64,000 nt of DNA from Candidatus Cloacimonadota bacterium (GTDB lineage Bacteria > Cloacimonadota > Cloacimonadia > Cloacimonadales > TCS61), in contig JAIPJH010000004.1 of assembly GCA_021734245.1 (NCBI GenBank), positions 9,645-73,644 of the forward strand. Reading direction: 5' to 3'. The notes under the pieces were generated by a model. The model saw only the letters and a program-made list of their open reading frames with translations, had not been told where the DNA came from and made no database searches. Positions 1-8,156 of the stretch are shown piece after piece (the first letter of the stretch is position 1; every line of letters begins with the position of its first letter). The position numbers were made by a program, and so were the translations under genes.

Positions 1-849
1 ACCAATGAACTGAAAATCAAATACGATCTGGAAACCAAGGAAGTGGAAAATGATCTTCTGAAAAAAGATCTTGAGATTATAAATATGCAGAAGAAGCATT
101 TGTTATATGTTCTGATTGCCGCCCTGATCATCATAACTCTGGTTATCATATTTTTGATTTCGAGCCGACGAATGAATAAAAAATTAAAACATTTGAACAT
201 AGCTCTCACGATTGCCAAACAGGAAGCTGAAAGAAACGAAAAGCAGATTTTGCTGATCAATAAAATGCTGCGGCATGACATCACCAATAATCTGGCGGTG
301 GTTGTTTCCGCTATCCGGCTCTACCAAAAAGAACAAGATAAAAGCTATCTGGATGAGGCAGCAAAGAAGTGCAATATCGGCATCGAACTGATCAAAAATC
401 TGCACAGTATGGAAAGAAAAAATATAGATTTCGAACATCGGCACCCCATTAATCTGGAAAAAATATTAGATAAGATAATTAACGATAATTCTGAGATCAA
501 CATTTCCTACAAAGGATCGGCTGTAGTGTTGGCAGATGACAGCATCGAATCTGTTTTCCGCAATCTGATCGAAAATGCTGTCAATCACGGCCAGGCAAAG
601 CAGATCGAGATTTCGATCCTGGAAGTGAATAATATTTGTGAGATTAGAGTTTTCAATGACGGCAGGCAGATAGATGAAGAAGTCATAGATAAAATATTTG
701 AAGAGAAATTCTCTCATGGCAAAAATGGCAATACCGGTCTGGGTTTGTATCTGGTAAAACAAAATGTACAACGTTACGGCGGTTCGATTTATGTGGAAAA
801 TACTCCGCCTTCCGGAGTTACTTTTATTCTGAGTCTGAAAAAAGCCTAA
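1..849 (+). CDS. Sensor histidine kinase, 5'-truncated by the window edge
   Basis: The frame is open from base 1 (TNELKIKYDLETKE...), so the tracked GTG at 43 is probably internal. TM segment LLYVLIAALIIITLVIIFLI. H-box-like MLRHDITNNL, N-box ENAVNHG, G-boxes NDGRQI and GNTGLGLYLV. The TAA stop overlaps the next ATG (TAATG). Confidence 0.8.
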   Translation, partial: TNELKIKYDLETKEVENDLLKKDLEIINMQKKHLLYVLIAALIIITLVIIFLISSRRMNKKLKHLNIALTIAKQEAERNEKQILLINKMLRHDITNNLAVVVSAIRLYQKEQDKSYLDEAAKKCNIGIELIKNLHSMERKNIDFEHRHPINLEKILDKIINDNSEINISYKGSAVVLADDSIESVFRNLIENAVNHGQAKQIEISILEVNNICEIRVFNDGRQIDEEVIDKIFEEKFSHGKNGNTGLGLYLVKQNVQRYGGSIYVENTPPSGVTFILSLKKA

Positions 850-1952
850 TGAGAATTTTTCTTTCCTTCCTGATATTAATTGCCTTTTCACATCAGCTGA
901 TTGGAAGTGTAAATTTTACCAATCTCAGCGGGTCTGATCTGGCTTTGGGTATCGGCTCACAACAAATTGCTTTGGGTGGTGCCGGAACACTTGTGGAAGA
1001 TGCTCCCGGTTCTATTTTCTGGAATGCGGCTGGAATCTCTCGAATTTCACATTCTCAGATTCAAATTGATTTTCAATCATTTACAGATTTTAAAAATGCA
1101 ATTTTAATTTGGAAACCGGATTTTTTCAAAGTATACTCTAAACAAGTTACGATTGGAATAAGTGCGATAAATCGTCTGAGATTTATAGGCAGCAGCGATC
1201 AGGTTTGGAGCGGTTATGCTGCCCATCTTTTGGACTTAACTATGATTGATCTAACTGATTTCACAGGTAAAATCAATTCCAATACTTACGATTATCGTTT
1301 TAACTTAGCCCTAAACCTGTCATCCAAATTAAATGCCGGTATTACTTTTGTTAGACTGGTCTGACGGACCGAAATTGAAAGAACCGGTGGTTCTGACCCG
1401 CATTATGAAGTAGGAATAGAATATAATACCTTTGATCTTGGCATTACTTATCAATTCAATAAAAATCTATCTGTCAGCCTGGTTAATAGAAATCTGCTTC
1501 ATTTTGGTGAAAACCGCTATAGTAATAAAGAAAATTCCACTCAAGAAACTGATGTAGAATTTTCTTTTCCCGATTATTTTACTTTTGGAATAGCATGGAA
1601 AAAAAATATTAATATTTATATGGATAATGAATTCATGATAGGAAAATATGGTGGAAAAACTTTGAAAGATATGAAAATCTGGTTTTTAAAAATAGGTGTG
1701 GAAAAAACTTATTTAAAGAAACTTGATTTGAGAGCTGGAATCACTGCTCCCATAATGGCAGAAACCACTACACTGGGAAATTTGTTAGATAAAATTCCAG
1801 ATCCAAAACTAAATCTATCATGCGGAATCGGCTACAAATGGAAAAGATTTACATTTGATTCAGCTTTATTCTTTAATCCTGGCCTTAGCTATGCAGAAAG
1901 AAAACCCGTTCCAGACTTATCTATTTCAATATCGTATCAATTATCAATTTAA
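849..1952 (+). CDS. FadL/PorV-like outer-membrane beta-barrel protein, paralog 1, with one in-frame TGA at 1362-1364 (candidate Sec or recoding site)
   Basis: Tracked ORFs 849..1364 and 1620..1952 share one frame, and 1365-1619 has no other stop. Signal peptide MRIFLSFLILIAF. IFWNAAGIS motif (NPAGL-like). OMP-style C-terminus SISISYQLSI. Collinear homology to the neighbouring paralog runs across the TGA. Confidence 0.6.
1380..1394 (+). promoter_or_regulatory. Hairpin AGAACC-GGT-GGTTCT, 15 nt downstream of the in-frame TGA (SECIS-like or recoding stimulator candidate)
   Basis: Perfect 6-bp stem. The loop starts 21 nt after the UGA and begins with GG. The geometry matches the hairpin in paralog 2, with a compensatory change. 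Confidence 0.4.
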
Positions 1953-1964
1953 AAGGATATAAAA

Positions 1965-3056
1965 TTGAAAAAAATATCAATTATCATTTTATTAATTTTA
2001 AACACACTTTTGTCTGCAGTAGATTTTGATTACCTAACTGGCTCTGACCTTTTTATTGGAGTTGGTGCTAAGCAGATCGGAATGGGTGGAACCGGATCTT
2101 TAATAGAAAATTCTGCTGCGTCCATTTACTGGAACCCTGCTGGCTTGAATAGTATTCGTGGAAACCAATTGGAAATTGATCTTGAAATTCCCTGGGATGC
2201 AAAAAATGCCATATTTATCTTCAAACCAGATTTTCTTAAACTAAATGGAAGACAGATCACAATTGGCTTAGCCAGAATTAACCGTTTAAAATTTAAAGGT
2301 TATAGTGAAGATGTCTGGGATGGATATTCCGAACATATTCTAAATCTTTCATTTAATTCAATCTCTAATTTTCGGGGAGGAATCGATACAGATACAAATG
2401 ATTATCGATTTGCTATGGCTTATGATATTTCCAAACGATTTGATTTTGGTTTCGCTCTTATTCGCTATGTATGACGAACCAAAGTGAACAGAATCGGAGA
2501 TTCTGCTGAAAAATATGAATTTGGTGTAGATTTTACAACCTTCGATTTAGGGTTGATTTACAAAATCAATCCCAAAACTTCTGCCAGTCTGGTTTATCGA
2601 AATATAGTAGATTTCTGGGGCAGACGAATACATGAAGACGAAGATTCCAACTACGAAAAGGCTGCGGATTTCAGTTCGCCAAATTTCCTAACTCTTGGAG
2701 TTTCCTATAAATACAAATCTTATAATTTATATTTGGATAGTGAACTTTTAAGTGGATATTATGGTTCAAATAAGAAATACATGAAATTCTGGTTTATCAG
2801 AGCTGGCGCAGAGAAATTTCTTACTAAATCCCTCATCGTTCGATCAGGAATTACCTATCCGGTAATGGCTGAAACTTCATCGCTGGGCAATATTCTTGAT
2901 ACAATTCCAAATCCCAAATTCAATGCTGCTGTTGGTTTAGGCTATCAAATTAAAAACTGGATTCTTGACACCACACTTTTTTTCAATCCCGGAATGAGCT
3001 ACGTAGAACATAAACCCGTTCCCGGTGGATCGATTAGTATAAGATACAACTACTAA
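1965..3056 (+). CDS. FadL/PorV-like outer-membrane beta-barrel protein, paralog 2, with one in-frame TGA at 2472-2474
   Basis: Tracked ORFs 1965..2474 and 2484..3056 share one frame. Signal peptide MKKISIIILLILNTLLSA. IYWNPAGLNS motif. C-terminus SISIRYNY. The TGA sits at the codon homologous to paralog 1 (..RLV-TGA-RTEIERTG vs ..RYV-TGA-RTKVNRIG). Confidence 0.6.
2489..2505 (+). promoter_or_regulatory. Hairpin CAGAATC-GGA-GATTCTG, 14 nt downstream of the in-frame TGA (SECIS-like or recoding stimulator candidate)
   Basis: Perfect 7-bp stem. The loop starts 21 nt after the UGA and begins with GG. The stem differs from paralog 1 by a paired C>T / G>A change that keeps base pairing. Confidence 0.4.
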
Positions 3057-3108
3057 AAAAGGGTCACAGTAAATACTGCAACCCTTTATAATATATTGTG
3101 GGTATACT

Positions 3109-5139
3109 TTATTTTACCTTCTTTTCTACCAATTTTTCGATCAACTTTTCATCAGGAATAAATGGCAATGTAATATGATCGGTGTCTTTACATCTTTCGT
3201 TATGTTCCATGCAGGTTGCGATAGAATTTTCATTTCTTGCCCATGCTCGGCGCGCCACGCCGCCCATCACGTCCCACCGGAATGAACGTTCCAAAATGTA
3301 ATCGACTCTTTCGCTGCCATCCAGAACCATACCGAAACCACCATTAATAACTTTGCCGATTCCCACTCCACCGCCGTTGTGTAGTGCAATCAAACTCATG
3401 CCGCGAGCCGCATTTCCGGCAAAACACTGCGTGGCCATATCTGCCATCACGTTACTGCCGTCCTTGATATTGGAAGTTTCACGGAAAGGACTGTCCGTGC
3501 CGCCGGTATCATGATGATCACGTCCCAGCATGATCGGTCCAACTTCTCCATTTTTCACCATTTCATTGAACTTGAGAGCAATGTTCATGCGTCCCATAGC
3601 ATCCTGATACAAAATTCGAGCCTGCGTTCCAACCACCAGTTTATTTTTGATCGCATCACGAACCCAGATGTAATTATCACGATCTTGATAACGTAATTCT
3701 TCCCGGCAATTTTGAATAACTTCAGCTGCCGCAGCATCGGTTTTGATAAGATCTTCTTCTTTTCCACTCAAACAAACCCAGCGGAAAGGTCCGTAACCGT
3801 AATCGAAAAGTTCCGGTCCCAGAATATCTTCCACATAACTGGGATAGATAAATCCATCATAGGTATTATCAGGATTTTTGGAAATTTCTTTCACTCCGGC
3901 ATCATAAACCGCTTTCATAAAGCTGTTGCCGTAATCGAAGAAATAAGTTCCATTTTCTACCAGCTTTTTGATCGCTTCGAAATGACGGCGCAAAGATTTA
4001 TCGACCAGTTGGCAGAACTTTTTTCTATCTTTGGAAAGCATTTCAGTTCGTTCTGCAAAACTTAAATCAACCGGACAATATCCACCTTCATAAGCTGCAT
4101 GACAGGAAGTCTGATCGCTGAGCAGATCGATGTGTTTCTGATTTTCTGCAGCGAATTCCAGCAGATCAACGATATTTCCATTATAAGCGATTGAAATTGA
4201 TTCCTCTTTCTGCAGATATTCTTCTGCTTGTTGGAAAGCTTCTTCAGCACTTTGAGTTACTAAACTTACCCAACCCTGATCGTGTCGCGTCTGGATGCGA
4301 GATTCATCAACTTCAGCAAAAATTCCTACGCCACCTGCAATTTCCACAGCTTTGGGTTGAGCACCGCTCATACCTCCCAAACCGGAGGACACAAATAATT
4401 TCCCTTTCAAATCGCCATCTTCAGGCACGCCAAGTTTCAGGCGCCCGGCAATTAAAATTGTGTTATAAGTTCCATGCACAATTCCCTGCGGTCCGATATA
4501 CATCCAGCCGCCGGCTGTCATCTGTCCGTAATTTGCCACGCCCAGGGCATTGGCACGATTAAAATCCTGCTGATTATCGAACATGCCGATCATTAATCCG
4601 TTTGTTAAAATAACTCTTGGTGCTTTGGGATGTGATTTGAATAATCCTAATGGGTGGCCACTTTCCAGAACAAGTGTATGTTCATGAGTGAGATTTTCCA
4701 GATATTTTTTGATAAGCCGATATTGCATCCAGTTCTGGCAGACCGAACCGGTTTCACCGTAAGTTACCAATTCGTATGGATAAAGAGCTGTAGCAAAATC
4801 TAAATTATTGTCGATCATCACCTGAAAAGCTTTTCCTTCTAAACATTTGCCTTTATATTCTTCTACAGGCTTTCCTTTCAAACATCCTTCCGGTCGATAA
4901 CGATAGCCATAGATATGACCATGTTCCATCAATTCATCCAGAAATTCCGGTGCTAAAGTTTCATGCAGCTCTTCTGGAATATAACGAAGGGCATTCTTAA
5001 GTGCTAAAGCAATTTCCTTTTTATTCAAGGGCATTTGACGTCGAGGAGCTCGACGGATTCCTTCCACAAATTTCGGATATTTTGGTAAATTAGAATCAAG
5101 TTTTATTGTCATAGCATTTGAAATATCAAGATTATTCAT
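3109..5139 (-). CDS. hutU: Urocanate hydratase (urocanase), long form
   Basis: 676 aa. The full-length sequence looks urocanase-like: RAPRRQMPLNKKE, GGWMYIGPQGIVHGT, GLGGMSGAQPKA, NGGGVGIG. Confidence 0.93.
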   Translation of the reverse strand: MNNLDISNAMTIKLDSNLPKYPKFVEGIRRAPRRQMPLNKKEIALALKNALRYIPEELHETLAPEFLDELMEHGHIYGYRYRPEGCLKGKPVEEYKGKCLEGKAFQVMIDNNLDFATALYPYELVTYGETGSVCQNWMQYRLIKKYLENLTHEHTLVLESGHPLGLFKSHPKAPRVILTNGLMIGMFDNQQDFNRANALGVANYGQMTAGGWMYIGPQGIVHGTYNTILIAGRLKLGVPEDGDLKGKLFVSSGLGGMSGAQPKAVEIAGGVGIFAEVDESRIQTRHDQGWVSLVTQSAEEAFQQAEEYLQKEESISIAYNGNIVDLLEFAAENQKHIDLLSDQTSCHAAYEGGYCPVDLSFAERTEMLSKDRKKFCQLVDKSLRRHFEAIKKLVENGTYFFDYGNSFMKAVYDAGVKEISKNPDNTYDGFIYPSYVEDILGPELFDYGYGPFRWVCLSGKEEDLIKTDAAAAEVIQNCREELRYQDRDNYIWVRDAIKNKLVVGTQARILYQDAMGRMNIALKFNEMVKNGEVGPIMLGRDHHDTGGTDSPFRETSNIKDGSNVMADMATQCFAGNAARGMSLIALHNGGGVGIGKVINGGFGMVLDGSERVDYILERSFRWDVMGGVARRAWARNENSIATCMEHNERCKDTDHITLPFIPDEKLIEKLVEKKVK

Positions 5140-5154
5140 TTAAAAAACTCCCAA

Positions 5155-5970
5155 TTATCTTATAATACCTGTCTCCACAAAATTGCCGGGAACATCATCA
5201 TGACCGGCCAACAGGCTATCAATCATTTCTGACAATCTCTCTACAACGTCAAATGAAATTGGCATCAAATTTTCGTTGCTATACTGCTTTCTTAAAACAA
5301 AAACTGCTTCAATAGGAAGTGAGCGAACATCTGGAGTGAGTTCTTTATCCAAGGTTTCAGTCACAATTATCGTTTTTACTTTTCTGAAAGTAGCTTTTGC
5401 CATATTTGCATAGTATTCTGAACGAATCAGATCATTCAGGTCGAGATTTGTAAAAGTGTGAAAAACAAGAAGCGGAAATTTCAGCTGATATTTATTGAAT
5501 CTTCTTTTCCCGGTAATACGAAACTGAAAATCTATATTTTGAATAAGAGATAAAAACATAGGCGAATCATCGATCTCAAAATTAGGATTTTTTTCCATCT
5601 CTCCAAAGCTTAAAGGATTGAAATTCATTCCCGTGGTAAATGATTGTCTTCCCCATTCGATACCCAGATTTTTTAAAATGCTTTTCTTTGATAGGAAAAT
5701 TGAAATAAAATCATCCAGATATAGTGAACTGAAAATTTCAGAATCAGGTTTAAATCCTTTCTTTGTCCCTTCCAGATATTTGAATTTTCTGCTATTTAAG
5801 TTCTTCAAAAACTTATTGAATTCTTGAACTATTAATTCATTGGTCAGTTTCTTCTCATCCAGGATTTTCTCAAATCCTTTCCATTTTAGTTTCAGCTCGG
5901 TCAGATACATTTTGTTAACCGGATTTTCTTCTTCCGGAATTAATCTATCCAATAGATCGGCATAAAACAT
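5155..5970 (-). CDS. Hypothetical protein, apparently co-transcribed with hutU
   Basis: Strong RBS (AGGAGGAATT-ATG). The 271-aa ORF ends 15 nt before the hutU start. No motif I can assign. Confidence 0.6.
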   Translation of the reverse strand: MFYADLLDRLIPEEENPVNKMYLTELKLKWKGFEKILDEKKLTNELIVQEFNKFLKNLNSRKFKYLEGTKKGFKPDSEIFSSLYLDDFISIFLSKKSILKNLGIEWGRQSFTTGMNFNPLSFGEMEKNPNFEIDDSPMFLSLIQNIDFQFRITGKRRFNKYQLKFPLLVFHTFTNLDLNDLIRSEYYANMAKATFRKVKTIIVTETLDKELTPDVRSLPIEAVFVLRKQYSNENLMPISFDVVERLSEMIDSLLAGHDDVPGNFVETGIIR

Positions 5971-6081
5971 AATTCCTCCTAAATTTCGGAAATTATTTTC
6001 TGATTTACCCTCTTCGTTTATAATGCGAAAAAATACTTTTACTCATTTATTGTCAAACAACTTTTAGATTTGATAATTTAT

Positions 6082-6110
6082 TTGACAAATCTTTTGTTGA
6101 ATTGAATTTT
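6082..6110 (+). promoter_or_regulatory. Promoter candidate TTGACA-N17-AATTTT
   Basis: TTGACA at 6082-6087, 17-nt spacer, AATTTT at 6105-6110, 17 nt before ATG 6127. One instance of a motif that recurs in this window. Confidence 0.45.
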
Positions 6111-6126
6111 CTTTGTGAGGTAGGAA

Positions 6127-7500
6127 ATGAAACTGATAAAAAATGCTGTAATTTCGAATGATAAGGAACTTGTTGATATTCTATATGAAGATAAAATAAT
6201 TCAAATCGGAAAAAATATTTCTCAATTCGAATTTGAAGAAATTATCGATCTGGAAGGAAAGATCCTGATTCCAGGCTGCATCGATGCTCATGTTCATTTC
6301 AACGATCCCGGCTACAACGAGCATGAAGATTTTATAACCGGCACAACTGCTGCAGCTTTTGGCGGTATCACCACGATCATCGATATGCCTTGCACTTCCA
6401 TTCCACCGGTTACGAATACTGAAAATCTTGAATCAAAACTATCTGTAATCAGGAATAAAGCCGTCATAGATTTTGCGCTCTGGGGTGGTATTCGCAGGAA
6501 TGATTTTCCAATTGAAATAGAAAAAATTCATCAATTATGGAAAGCGGGAATTGTCGGATTTAAAATTTACACAATTTCCGGAATGGACACTTTTGCAGCA
6601 CTTTCTTATGAAGATATAAAACAAATTTTTGAGAGATTCCCTGAAATGCTTTTTGCCTTCCATGCCGAGGATGCAGAAATTATCAAGAAAGCTGCCGATA
6701 AACTTTCTGAACTTGAAAAGATGAAGCCGGAAAATTATTTAAAATCACGACCTGCAGAAGCAGAAGTAAAAGCAGTTGGAAATATTTTGGAACTTGCCGA
6801 AAAAAATCATCTCCATTTCGTTCATATCAGTACCAAAAAAGCTGCTGAATCTATCTTGAAAGCAAAATCCAAATTGGATGTAAGCTGGGAAACATGTCCG
6901 CATTATCTGCAATTTACTGCTGCTGATTTTCCTCAGCTGAAAGGCAGATTAAAAACTGCTCCACCAGTTAAATGCGAAGATGATAAAAAATTTCTAAGAG
7001 CTGCCTTAAAAACAGGAAAAGTGGATTTTATTACAACAGATCACGCCGGATGTGATTGGAAAACAGAAAAAGATTTGGAAGATTTTTCCAAAGTTTATAA
7101 TGGAATTCCAGGAACACAATTAATGATTCCATATTTATTATCGGAATTTTATGTGAAGGAAAAAGTGCCACTATCCACTTTGATAAAGTTAACCTCGGAA
7201 AATGCTGCCAGAAGATACGGTTTATTTCCTCAAAAAGGAAGTTTACAAATTGGTTCTGACGCAGATTTTACGGTGATAGATCAAAATAGATCATTCTTGG
7301 TTAATGAAACAAAATTGAAATCGAAAGGAAAATATTCACCGTTTCATGGACAAACTTTTTCCTGTTCAATAGCAAAAACAATTGTCCGTGGAGAAACTGT
7401 TTTTGATCGAGAAAAAGGATTAATGGTCGATCCTGGTTTTGGAAATTGGGTAAAAAAAAAAGTAAATTATCTTATCGCGAAATCGGCAAAATTAGTTTGA
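6127..7500 (+). CDS. Cyclic amidohydrolase of the allantoinase/dihydroorotase family
   Basis: PGCIDAHVHFNDPG metal-binding motif, AAAFGGITTIIDMP, HFVHIST, ETCPHYL, TTDHAG. The 3' end overlaps convergent nrdG by 34 nt. Confidence 0.8.
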   Translation: MKLIKNAVISNDKELVDILYEDKIIQIGKNISQFEFEEIIDLEGKILIPGCIDAHVHFNDPGYNEHEDFITGTTAAAFGGITTIIDMPCTSIPPVTNTENLESKLSVIRNKAVIDFALWGGIRRNDFPIEIEKIHQLWKAGIVGFKIYTISGMDTFAALSYEDIKQIFERFPEMLFAFHAEDAEIIKKAADKLSELEKMKPENYLKSRPAEAEVKAVGNILELAEKNHLHFVHISTKKAAESILKAKSKLDVSWETCPHYLQFTAADFPQLKGRLKTAPPVKCEDDKKFLRAALKTGKVDFITTDHAGCDWKTEKDLEDFSKVYNGIPGTQLMIPYLLSEFYVKEKVPLSTLIKLTSENAARRYGLFPQKGSLQIGSDADFTVIDQNRSFLVNETKLKSKGKYSPFHGQTFSCSIAKTIVRGETVFDREKGLMVDPGFGNWVKKKVNYLIAKSAKLV

Positions 7501-8156
7501 AGTTCACGCGCCAGAAAGTTAAGATTTTCCTGTGAGAAAGAAGAAAATTTTACATAATCTTCATTCAGGGTTTTGGATGGTACAAACTTCTGAAGCAGAT
7601 ATCGTTTTGCTTTTCCCAGCATTTGCCCCATGATCAAAACATCATCTGTTGTTAGTAAATTTTGCACCAGTGTACTGCGAAATTCATAATCGATATTGGA
7701 ATTTTCAATAAGTTTAATGCTTCTTTTTATCGATTTTGAATCTACATTTGAACAAGTAACTTCCGCATATTTTGGCAGTGGTGCTTTTATATCCATCGCC
7801 AGATAATCCACTAATTTCAACCTGATGATTTTTTCTAAGATATCAGGATTTGTACCGTTGGTGTCAAGCTTAATGCTAAATCCCATAGATCGGCATTCTA
7901 ACAAGAAGTTTATCAAATCTGAATGCAAGGTCGGTTCACCGCCAGTTATACTCACAGCATCCAGTTTGCCTTTCCTATTTTCCAGGAAGTTAATAATTTC
8001 TTCTTCCGGTATTGGGTTGCAAAATTTATCAGCTTCAACAAGTTCGGGATTGTGACAATATGGACACCGGAAATTGCAGCCCTGAGTAAAAACAATTGCG
8101 CAGATTTTTCCGGGATAATCAATCAGCGAAAACTTCTGAAAACCACCGATTTTCAT
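7467..8156 (-). CDS. nrdG: Anaerobic ribonucleoside-triphosphate reductase activating protein (radical SAM)
   Basis: CNFRCPYCHNPE radical-SAM cluster motif. The start overlaps the nrdD stop (TAATG). Confidence 0.9.
   Translation of the reverse strand: MKIGGFQKFSLIDYPGKICAIVFTQGCNFRCPYCHNPELVEADKFCNPIPEEEIINFLENRKGKLDAVSITGGEPTLHSDLINFLLECRSMGFSIKLDTNGTNPDILEKIIRLKLVDYLAMDIKAPLPKYAEVTCSNVDSKSIKRSIKLIENSNIDYEFRSTLVQNLLTTDDVLIMGQMLGKAKRYLLQKFVPSKTLNEDYVKFSSFSQENLNFLARELQTNFADFAIR

Noticed and set aside
849-3056. Genome-wide TGA reassignment (code 4 or 25) as the explanation for the in-frame TGAs
   Set aside because: All other long ORFs, including 1241-aa and 1257-aa proteins in an AT-rich genome, contain no TGA. 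Several genes end in a TGA that is followed directly by a terminator or a coupled start (46578-46580, 34850-34852, 7498-7500). TGA is therefore a normal stop here.
849-3056. Simple pseudogenes or split genes
   Set aside because: This cannot be fully excluded. However, two diverged paralogs share the stop at the same codon, keep intact frames on both sides, and keep a covarying downstream hairpin. Paralog 1 also has no start codon to reinitiate until 1620. Independent decay is therefore the less parsimonious reading.
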